Source: Candidatus Omnitrophota bacterium
GTDB lineage: Bacteria; Omnitrophota; Omnitrophia; Omnitrophales; Aquincolibacteriaceae
Assembly (NCBI GenBank): GCA_041585205.1
Contig: JBFHCO010000001.1
Span: 1-44,045 of the forward strand
Direction: 5' to 3'
Length of the DNA stretch: 44,045 nucleotides
Both the position numbers and the translations under genes were made by a program. The notes under the pieces were generated by a model. It saw nothing but the letters and a program-made list of their open reading frames with translations. It was not told where the DNA came from and did not search any database. Positions 16,301 to 28,300 of the stretch are shown piece after piece. How positions within the stretch are numbered: position 1 is the stretch's first letter; the number at the start of each line of letters is the position of its first letter.

Positions 16301-19300
16301 CGAAGCGCTTCGGTCGCCGCCGTGCGTACATTCGCGTTCGCGTCCGAGCTGGCAACTTGCATCAATTCGTTCACCACACTGTCCGAGGCGACGCCGAGAT
16401 TACCGAGCGCGGTTGCGGAATCCACGCGGATGCCCGCATCGTCTTTATTTAACGCTTCAAGGTAATGATTCGCCAGCTCTTCTTTAGGAACATTGAAGCG
16501 GGTTACGACTTTGCCTTCATCATCCATTTCCCATAGCGCCTTGGCCGCCGCATTGCGGACTTTTTTAACGGGATCTAATTTCAAAATGGCAAGCAAGGCC
16601 GTCGCGATCTCTTCCCGCCGGTTCAGAGGAATTTTCTTGGTTTTTTCGAGTTCACCCAAGGCCGCAGCCGCTTCCTGGCGGATATTGCCATCCTGGCTTT
16701 CCAAATTATTGAAATAGACCTGTGTCAATACAGCGGCGTCTGTAACGATTTTGGCAAGGGCTTTACCTGCCGCACGGCGTACACGCGCTTCAGGATCCGA
16801 TTGCACGCTCAGAATCAACGGACTTTCGGCAATTTGATTGCGCAGCCGGCCTAAAATCGAGGCGGCCGCACGACGCACTTCACGCGATGCCGTCCAGGCT
16901 TCCCGCTTTGCATCCTCGCGGCTACGCGTCGCAAGTAATTGATTTAAATATTCCGTTACAGGTTTGGATACGGCATCTGACGCCAACTCACGATTGGATT
17001 GGCGTTCAAGTTCCGCCCAATTGCGATCCTGATTCCAACCCTGCTCGCCCGTGACCAGGCGTTCATTTAGGGTATGGACGAACGCGGCAGTCCTGCGGGA
17101 CTGATCAGTAACCGGGGCATTGGCCGGTAAGATGAGGGTCAGGGATTCCGCCAACTTTTCGCGCATTCTTTCATAAAGCGCGACCAAGGCCTTCTCCTTG
17201 GTTCCGTAAGCTTGCAATAACACATTCTGTTCGGTAGTCAGCGTATGTTTCTCGAAAAGTCCGGAAGGAGTCATTACGGTCACAACCACGCCGTTCCAAG
17301 CGACGCGCTGCGCTTCTTCCAGCCGCTTATCACCTTCGAAATCTTCGGAGACCGAACTGATCATACGCAACCGCTCTTCTCCCGGAAAACTCGGATGCTC
17401 CCAATAATCCACCGCATTCCATCTCTGCTCTGCGATGGCCACATGCACACCTTCGACGGCAGTGCGGACTTGATCATCGGCAAGCCAGCGGCCCACGATA
17501 TCATTCACGATTTGATCGGCTTGTTCCGGTGCGACAGAGGGTTCTTCCGTAGGGGCAGGCGTTACCGGCTCCTCATCCGCGGGCGGAGCGGGCGGAGCAA
17601 CATCAGAAGGCGGTGCGGCCGGAGGCGTCGGCGGCGCAATCAGGGCCAAAATGCCGGGTAACCGGTTGATGAGCTTTCTATAAAATTGCAGAAGCGCTTC
17701 ACGTTCATTATTGCGATAATAAGCCAAGACAAATGCTCTTTCATCCGCGGTCAGCACTTTGGCTAAGATCCGTTCCATCAAGGGTGGTGCGTTAATGTAA
17801 GGAAGCAGCGCTTCTTCATAGGCAAATTGCTTAGCCTCTTCTTCGTTTAATCCGGACTGCGCCATTGCAACGTTCGCTTCATCCGGCCTGTTGGTGGTCA
17901 TCCATTGCCAATGGGACACGGGGTCTTTCACATCCGCCGAGACCCAAGACTTTAAGTCTTGCACGCGATAAACATATTTAAAATCTTCGGTTTGCAGCAC
18001 GCGGTCGGCAATCTTATTGATGCGGTCATCATCCTGCGTTATAACCGGAATGACATACGGAACAGAAGGCGGAGGCGTCGCCGTCACGCCCGTTACGTCG
18101 GTGGTTTGACCCGGAATTTTGGTATCCGCCACGCGGGCCATCATTTTGGTCAAGGATTCCTCTTGCTTTGGTTCCTCAGCAACCGGCTCAGGTTCTTGCG
18201 CAGGAGCTTGAGCCGTTGTGGGTTTCGGTTCATAAGGTTCTTCCAGAATTTGCATATCCACGTCACCCTGCTCTTCGGAAGGCGCCTCTTCAGAACCCGC
18301 AGGCCGAACTTCTTCATCGCGTGGTATTTGACCTTCAACCGGCACGGCCACTTGAGAAACCGGCCGGGTCACGGGTTTATCCTGCTGATCAAGAGCCATG
18401 ATTACCTCCGTGGTAGAAGGACCTTGCTTTTCTTCCACAGGCGTGGGCGCGGGAGCTTCTTCAGCCGCAGGCGCCTCAGTCGGCGCAGGCTCTTCGGCTT
18501 TGTCATCCAGCCAATCCGGCAGCCCTGAATCCGTTGCTTGAGATTCTTCTATCGGTTGAGCAGCGGGCGCAGCTTCTTCGACCGGAGCCGGTGTAACAGG
18601 TTGCTCTGCCGGCTGTTCGGCGGCAGGAGCGGGCTCTGCGGGTTTTTCTTCTTTCATCCAATCCGGAAAATCGTCATCTGATACGCGTGCGCCTTCGGAC
18701 GACGGAGCGGTTTTCGGAAACATTTCATCCAGTGAAACGTCCCCCGCCTCCTTCGGAAGTTCTTCCTGTTTTTCAATTTTATCGAGGGTTCTTAACAATG
18801 CGGAGATTTCGTCATACACGGCTTGACCGATGGCGATTACATCACGTCCTTGAAAACCGTGCGTACGTAAATGTTCCCAGCTCGCCTTGGAAATGATTTC
18901 CGGATCCACATTGACGGTATTGGTAATGAAGCCGAAAATGGCTGTCCCCTCGACAAATTTCTGGCCTTGGGTAATGATAAAATCATGCAATTGTTCACTG
19001 TACTTTTGAACTGCCCGCTGAGCACCGTCTTTGATGATATCAAGGCTTATTTGAGTCACGGCCGGTGCACTCGGCGCCTGCGGGGCCGGAGATGGCGGTG
19101 CAAGCGGGAACTCACGCATCGCACGCGTTGCCGGACGCTGGCTCACAAAACGGACAGCGGCTCCGTAAACGGCTTCCGCTAATTTTAATGTTGCCTCAAC
19201 GCCGTATTTATCCTGCGTATAATACTCACTCAAGAGAATATTAAACTCCCTCAGCGCTTCTCTTTGCGCTCTGACACGCTCCTGTCCTTGCCGCGACAAA

Positions 19301-22300
19301 AATCCCTTAGCCGCCTCCTCTTCCGCGCGGCGCGCTTTAGCTTGAATATTGGAGATAATCTCCAGCATATGCATATGAAGAGACGCATTATCACCCTGAG
19401 CCGTCCGCCATTGCGCGCCCTTGTTGATGAAATCCTCGAGCGGATCGATCAGCTGCTCCTTAGCCGCGGCGTCTTTCACATCAAAGAGTTTTCTCACGAA
19501 ACCATCCAACAGCTCTTGCTGATGGCCGATTTCAATGCTTTCAAAAGCTTTCGTGATCGATTCAAACGTCCGCTCGGGCTGGGATTGAACGTACCGGACA
19601 ACCGCCTGATACAATTCGCGATTGAGCTTCACGGCGCCTTCTCTGCCCTTATAATTATCGTCTCTCAGGAAAACTGAAAATTCCTTATCGCGGATGCCAG
19701 CGCCGGAGCGGTCCTTGCGGATTTGCTCCATCAACTCTCTTATTTCCTCACTGTCCTCGTAGCGAATTTGATTTTTCACGAAATCAGCCAGCCGGGCTCC
19801 ATACCGCTCTCCTTTGACCAGCCGCTCGGCTATAACATTACGCAAATCAACCGCTGCACGCAATTCGGAGCGTTTTTCAATGCGGCCCGCATCCTGCAAT
19901 TTATGATAAAGCGCTTTTTCCGGTTCGCTTTCCCCGCCGATTTCGACAAAAATGGCCGCGGCATCCGCCGCGTTCATCGCATAAGTCATGATCGGATCCA
20001 TGGCCAACCGCTTAATGGCGGGCCAGGCATGCTGATCAAGCGCATACGCTTGTGCTTTGGCGATATCGCCGGGATAACGGGACTGAGCAAGCATGCGCGC
20101 CGGTTCGTCCAGAACTGTGTGCCAGTAAGTATCTATGGATCCGTGATCAGCAATGACGTCCTGTATAACCCACTCGCGGACCTTGTTGATGCGGTCCAAA
20201 TATTCCTGTGGTATTTCTGAAGCAACGCGATCCAAAATGGGAGTTGCGCTTGGCTCTTCTTCCGCCACCGGTTCTTCGACCGGCGCCTCTTCAGCCGGAA
20301 CTGGAGCCGGTGTCGCAGGCGCTGTTGAGCGCGCTGCTATCGCATCCGCCGCTATCTGATGAATGCGACGCTGGCCGAACCACAAGAGCACATACTGCTC
20401 AATCATCAAGTTGGCGTAATTGTTGATTTTCTTCGCATCGGCCTCGGGATGCTCATCCAGCCATTTTTTGAAAACAGCTTCATACTCCCTATCGCCGAAA
20501 ACCTTCGGAAATAGTGTGCTTAAATAGGAACCTCTGATCCAAGTCCAGACACCGATCATATAACCGATAATACCCAGATAAATCGCGCCGTAAATAATCG
20601 TGTTAAAGAATACCGAGAAATACCACGGTAAACGCAGGATTTCAGAAAACATCAACTGTGTCGGCAAGAGAGCGCTCGCGCCGCCGTCACCGGTCGGAAT
20701 ATAAGCGCCGATCATCGGCATACCGGAAAGTATGGGCGGACCCAGCGTAAAAAATGCCGCAATCGCAATAATCGCAACGCCGTGCAGCGCGGCTGTCCAG
20801 CGCGTGCCCATAGCAGCACCGGGATAAGTCGGAGGCGTACCGGGAGTCTTTTGAACGTTTGTCATGCGGCCTATAAAATAAGCGATGCCCGGACCCATAA
20901 TAAATGACGAAATAAGAATCGGGCCTGCGCGCATCACCAAATCAGCCGGAATCACACCCGCAAACAGCGGCCCCAAAAATCCCGCGGCAATTAAAATCAC
21001 CACCGTCGCAATGGAGCCAAAATACACCAATTTCGTTTCAGGTACTTGTTCCTTCTTCATTTTTTCAAATGTTTCTTTATTGATGGTCATGGAAGCGAGC
21101 GGAAACAGGCCGAATAATATAGCCGCAATAATTCCGATCCAGGCATAAGCTGTCAACCCCAGGAACGTAGCCTGCGCGACGAAGGCAAGCGGCGCGAATC
21201 CCGGCAAGGCCAAAAGGACGATGCCCAATCCGATATTAAAGACGAGGCGCATTTTCATCAGATAGGCAGGCAGCGGTAAGGTCCGTTGACTCTCCTCAAA
21301 AGAAGGCCATGTCCCCTCGCCCTTTTTGCCGCTGAGACGCTCTCTCATTTCCTTGTAGACACGAATTGTTGCCATCATCAGTTCATATTGTTTGATGATG
21401 ATTTTTTGAAGATAGACACCGGTCGAGGCCACAAATTCAAACGCGGCCGACGGAATATCAAGGGCGATAAACCATCCGATTTGCTTTGCGGGATATTTCA
21501 CCCAACGGTCGAAAAAGCCGCTGAACTCCCGGGGCGACCCGTCATCACGAAGGGGTGGATTCACAACGGCATAAAGCCGGTTGAGCAATCGGCCGGTAAA
21601 CTTGGTATGCACAAGCGTGATCATGATGAAAAGGAACAGGATTTCTCCCAGAAACGGGAAGGCCACTTCCAACGTTCCGGGATGAATCATCGCATAGAAA
21701 GTGATGATCAGCTGAACCAACCAAATCGGTTCCGAAAAGAGTCCGCGTGTGACCTGATTTTCCGCGTATTTTCCGCGCAACGGAATTTTCGGAAGCCGGT
21801 CATATTTTAATTTTTCAATCGGGGCCCTTAATTTTCTTTTATCATTATCTGTCAGCGCAGTATTTTGCTCGATCATTTGCAATATGGCGTCAGGGGCCTC
21901 CATCCCGGCCATGACATTGGTCACATATCCCGTATCGGACGGATGGAAAATCGTCGCCGGCAGACCGGGTACGGCTAAACGCTGCAACGCAGCGCTCAGA
22001 TTGTTTAATTCAGCGTTCACGCGTGCGTTCAGATCCGTAACATTCTCCGCGCCCGCCACAATATTGCTTATCTTTTCTTGATACCATTTTTCAATCGCTG
22101 CAAGAATTTGATTATTCACATCCGAGCCTGCGATGACGCCTGTCGCGCGAATTTGCTCGAGCAGATAATAAACGATTGCGGCCTTGATTTTACCCTGCCC
22201 CACCGCATGATAGAGTTTGTGGAAAATGAACGCGAGCACACCCGAGAGAGCGCCCACACTGAGAAAGAGAGTCGCGTAGGGCGCAAGAAAAGCCGTGATG

Positions 22301-25300
22301 AGAAAAGCAGCTGAGATGACCCCGAATGTTAAGCGGAATGCACCTAAATTCCTCAAGGTGCGGTTGATGGGCGTGTGTAAGACGACAAAATTCCGGAAAT
22401 CAAAGGTCGGCAGCCATTTTGTTTCTTCCCGGCCCAATTCATCCAGAAAGTTTGCCGGCGTGGATTCGAAGATGACGGCATCCGGCACATAAGCGACACG
22501 ACCGAAAATGTTCCGGAAGGCGTCTTCACTTTGCACATAAGTGGGGTCCAGCGCAAACATCAGAGCATACTGGTTATCCTTGGCTTCCGATTCAAAATAC
22601 AGCCTGGGTCTTACGAAATATTTACCTGCGCTGCGAACACCGCCTTCGATCTTTGCGGTACCGAGCTGAGACATGATACCCAAGCCCTTATTCGGAACCT
22701 CTTTCAAGGCATAGGCGTATAAACTGACCGCTTCGTTATAATAGGCAATACGAGCCTGCCACACCGAAAAACTGTCATCCATGGTGTTGATCATACGGAG
22801 AATGGTGTTTGCGGCGGTGTAATTGTCCTGGTCCAGGATGACACCGTTTTGAATGAGTGGTCTATCCCGGCCGTCGCGCGGACCTTCATTGCGCAGTCGC
22901 AATAAATTCTGGGCCCCTGCCGCCGTGGTCATGATACCCACACGTCGATTATCCGAAGGATCCACTCCGATTCTGACCACACCGCTCGGATCCTGCAAAT
23001 ATGCCGGATGACCCGGGGTCGGCATCGGATCTTCTGACCGAAGACCATAGATCCAGCCTTCAGTGACGGCGTCTTCGCCTTCCGATTGCATTTCAAGCCA
23101 ACGTTCCCACTTGAGGACGTTATGGGGCTTACCAATCCCTTTCATCATCATCACAATAAAACGGTCTTTCACATGCTGCGGAATCGCAGGATTTCCATCA
23201 TTGTCTATGTCGTTATTTTCAAAAACCATTCTGCGTAAAATATCCTGATAACGCGCCAAAGTCGCCGCATTATTACCTTCGGCTTGCAAAATCATGACCG
23301 CTACAAAGTTGTTTGAATTGACCGACTTTAACAGATCAATGTTCTTTTGGATGACTTCAATCAACTGATTGTCATCCGTAGGACGCAAGGGGCTGATCAC
23401 TTCAAAGCTCTTTTCGTCAGTAATATGTTCGGGCAATATCGCTGCATTCAATGTCGGACTGACGCCCGGAATGAACCGCGGCAGCAGCAAATTCACAAAA
23501 AACTTGCCGATGTTGATTTCAAGCACGACATGAATCAAATAAACGAAAGTAATCGCGTACAGCGCCAGCACAACCGGATCCACAAAACTGAATCCGAATA
23601 TGAGAATGGCCGTCGCGGTAATAAATAAATTAAGGAATGTCATCACAACATGATAAGGAAAGCTTCTGTACCATATTTGCCTGAATTCACGGCTTTGCTC
23701 CACCGCGTTCGGATCCGGCGCGCCTTCCAATACCGGTTTGGCCCACGGACGCGTTGCGGCCAACCGGATAAACTTAAGAAATCCGACCGCAATGGTAAGG
23801 ACGGAGGCCGCGATCAACGCAAGCGTTAAATTACCGACGGGGGTTCCGCTGAAATAACGCTGACCGAAGATTTCAACACCGCGTCCCAAGAACAGGTTGT
23901 AACGGGCCTTCTCGATTTCAGACCAATGCTTTTGCCAGACGGATTCCGGTACTTCCTCACGCAGACGGTCTTCAAGGACGTTTTTATACATTGAATTCAT
24001 GGGTCGCTGGAACCGTTCCATTTTCTCATCCGAATAATCCCAGGTTTTCGTCAATCCAATGCGCTTGGTGGGATCCACCATCAATGTATCAGTGATAACC
24101 AGAAGCTGCTTGCCGGTAAGCCACAGGTTCAAATCATAGGTGCCGCGGGGCGCTTTGGTGCGGTCGGAAGTCACGGATTTCGCGGCGTCTTTTTCGGCAG
24201 AATCCACGATGAGTTCGCGCAATCTGAGGGTTTGATCGGCCAAATTTTTGAAAGCAATCGGCGGAATCTGCTTTTCCACCATCACTGCCGTGATATCATC
24301 GGCGGCCGTATCCGGAAATTCGACGCGTTCGACACCCAACTCCTTCAGTCTGCGGTTCAATGTATTCAATTCGGAGAGTACAACGGGTTTCACGTCTTTT
24401 GCCGTGATCTCAATTTTGGCCGGAATTTCAGCCAGACCGACCTGATACCATCCGTCCACCGAATAAAGGATGCGGTCCATCATAGGTCCATCCACCGCAA
24501 TGTCTTCCTTCTTAATTTTTTCACGAACCGATATGGAGGTATCAATCCACCGGGTTATTTTTTCAGGAGACACTTCACTCATGAAGGCGTTGTTGCCTAG
24601 CAGTATCAGCTTCTTTTCATCCGGCGTACGGTTAATGCGGCCTAATTCAACCTTAAGATGCGCGCTGAGTTTTAATATCTCTTCCAACCGGCCGAGTTCG
24701 AGGTCCGCGTACTTTTCACGGGTTAAATTCTGAACCTTGGCGTCATAATCCGACAGTTCCTTACGGATGGATTCCGGAATATTGGTATCCTTCAATCGCG
24801 GTTCGAGATATCCGCGGATGCGCGTTTCTGTTTCTTTCAATATTTCGCTTTGGAGACCGTCACGGGAATCCGTAAAATCGACCCTTTCGGCGATTTGGGC
24901 GGCAATGCCTCCGATAAATTCCCATTCTTCCTTGGTAAAGAGCTCGCGGATATTGTCCTTATAGGATTCATAAAGATCCGGCTTCATGATGCGCGCATAT
25001 AGATCGGCGACGCGATGCGGCACCACTTCATATTTATAGATAACGCCATCAGCCGTATAGCCGTCACGTGCCATGAATTTCACAAGCAGCGCCGCTGAGG
25101 CCGAGCTGATTTCAAGGCCATAAACCTCCTTGGCTTTGGCTTGGACGGTCAAGATTTCGTTCAAGAGACCTTTACGGTCAGCAACTCTGGCCTGTGTTTC
25201 AAGGGCTTGGGCATTTCGTTCCAGACGAATTTGTTCCAGCACCTTTTTCGCTTCCAGTTCTTCCAATATTCGGGGAAGCGTATTAAAGATTTTGTCATTG

Positions 25301-28300
25301 GCACGCATCATGGTTTCGCGGCCGGAACTTTCCAAAATCACCTCGAATACGCCCGGCGCGACCTCACCGCGCAGCTCCCAAAGCGTCCGGTTCAAGTGAT
25401 CACGGATATTCAGGGTCTCGTCCCTGTTATAAATACCCGGCGCGGCCAAATCCATAAACCCGTAATACACGCTGCTGCTGCGCTCAATCAAGTCGCCCAG
25501 GGTCGTTTCAACATCACCTTGGCCATACCCGCGCTGGAGCATCTCCGCTTCAAGCTGTTTGAATTCTTGTGTCAGGGTATAAATCTGATCTTTGGTAAGG
25601 ACTTCATCCAAATCCTGCTGCCATTTGTAGTAAACGAAAGCCCGCCGCTCGTAATCTTCCAGATTCATCAAAGAAAGTACTTCTTTATAAGTGGAGGCAA
25701 GCCGCCGCGATGCCCGGTTCATTTCATATTCGGATAAGGGAATATCGTCCCCGCCGCGAAGCTCTCTTAAGAATGAAGGCAGCAAATGCCACGGTAGGAA
25801 TTTCTTGTCCTGTGTTTTGTAGACTTCAGATTGCGTAAAGGCCATATCGCTAAAATCCTGCGAAAGCCTTTTGTCAAGATCCTGATACTGGTTCAGACCC
25901 TGTTCATGGAGTCGCGCTACATATCCTTCTACCTGGCCGCGGCGAGTCGGAAGCGGAACGTCTTTGGCGATCTCCGGATTTTCAAGACGGCTTGCGACAT
26001 CCACCTGCATCCGGAATGCCATACGCCACGTTTTGGCGGAGTATTTAATGAACTTACCCAGTGTTTCCTTGCTGAAATCGGGATTTTTCTTGAGACGTTC
26101 GACCATTTCCCCCACCTGTGAATCAAACATCTGAATGGCTTCTTCATAGACATTCTTGTTATGAATCATAAAAATTCCCTGCAAATAGGTTTCTACGATC
26201 AGACGCTTGAATAGTCGGTCCTGAATAGCCGCCGAAACCTTCGGATCAATTAGGGATTCACCTTTTTTGAGTTCCTGGAACATGCGTTCTGTCCCCATGT
26301 AAAAGGCCTCTTTGTCATCGACCTTCTGATCCCGCAGAACCGCCAAGTGCTTCAGGAGTTCATCACGTTCTCCGGCTGTTTCCCAAGGTTCGGGTGATTC
26401 GTTATTCGTGATTTTCAGCTTAACTTCATCAATCAAATGCGTTCCGGCGCGTTCGCGGATGCCGCGGGCATAAGCGATGTTTTCAAAAATGCGGCTGATA
26501 ATTTCACGATTGCCGAGGTCAATTCCTGCTTCCGGGTATTTCTGCGCCAATTCTCGCAGCTGATTGACGTAGAAACCGATGGCTTCCTCCTGAATGACTC
26601 TGCCCCATCTATCCTGGGCGGCGTGAAACACATTCAAACGGTGTCGTAGTTCGACTTTGAGATCTTCCACCGTGTAGGTCTTGCCGCTTTGTTCCGCGAT
26701 CTTATTCATGCGGTCCACAAAATCAGTCCAATGCTTCAAGGCGCCGATGTAGTCCCCGATAAAGCGGGGATCTTTTCGGTATTTGTCCGCGGTATAATCA
26801 ATGCCCTCGATGGTTTTGTGATACTCATAAAAATTCGCTTTAAATTTTTGATCCACGGCGGGAATGGGTCGTATCAGTTGGCGCATCATTTCAAAACGCG
26901 CTTCTTCCAGTTGGATACGATCCGCTAACGGTACGCTATTCAGCGCGTCCCTTTCGGTTTGTGTTAAATCATCCCGTAACGGCGGATAGGCAACGATCAA
27001 CGAATGGCCAAGCAAAATACCCGCGTCGTCGCCTTTCTTATCGCGCAGATTCAACTTACGTCCCAGCACCGATTCAAGATCATCTTTGAGGTTAACGGCA
27101 ACCTCCAAGGCATCGCTGTAAGCTTGGGTACGATCCTCAAGAGACAATTGATTCCAAACATTTTGCGCATGCGGTGTGGCAAATTCCCAGCCCCACAAGG
27201 CCTTAATCATGAAAGCATGGCCGAAGACAAATCCGACATCATCGGGATTTTCAAGATCCAGCTTAAATCCAGGCTCATCTAAAGCGAGTAATTTCTCAAG
27301 ATTCGGGCTGATCTTGTAGGCGATGCCAAGCACTTCCTTATAAACTTCGATTCTTTGCTCAAGCGGAAAGCCTCTCCATATTCTAATTACGTGGTCCGGC
27401 GCTTCCTTCCAGCCGGAATAACCGATGATGGTACCTACATGGCCCATCAGGAGGCCGATATCGTCCGGATGATTAAGGTCGAGCTTGCCGCGCAGTTCCT
27501 TCACGCGGTCCTTTAAGGATCCGACAACATAGATGATGAGCTCAAGCTCCGCTTCGGTCAGGCTATAGCGGCGCGCATAGTCATACCAAGCCGCCACGAC
27601 GCCTTTTTGACGCGCATCTTTCAAATCAAGCGCCGTGTAAAGCCCCGACTTTTCGAGGATCTCGCGGATACGCGGCGCCTTATCGTAAAAGTCAACGACC
27701 GACGCATAAACCGCGTCGATATCCCCATCCGTCATTTGATCAAGCGGTTTGCCGAACTTCTCAGCGGCGCTTAAAGCCATAAAGACCGTTTCGCCCATAA
27801 AAAGGCCGTCGCGCAATTTTTCCTTTTCGGCCTCAATATTCTGTTCCAGCTTATAGATGACATTCGGCCCGAGCGTCACACCGGCTGCTTTTTGAGCTTC
27901 AAGATTCGCGATCAACGCGCGCAGAAGGCTCGCATCCGGAAGCGCGATCAGCGCTTCATCGCTTGCTTCGGGATAAATGGCGTCATAAAGTCCGGCGCGG
28001 TTGTCTTTTAATTTCTTAACGATTTTGACAAGATTCTCAAGACGCGCCAGGCGCAGCTCGGGATCCGCATCATAAAGCGATCCCGAACGGCTCAAGAATT
28101 CCCACGCCGTGATAATGGCGATATCTTCCACATTGCCGTGCAGCGCGAGCGTCTTACCGGTCGGATCTTTGTAAAGATCCAAGATACGGTTACGGGCTTT
28201 TTGGAACTCGGCTAAGAGGTCCTGATCCCGGTTGAACTTGAAATGAATCCGGAAGGCTGTATCCGCGCGGCTTTCTTCCACCCATTTAATGAATTTGTCA

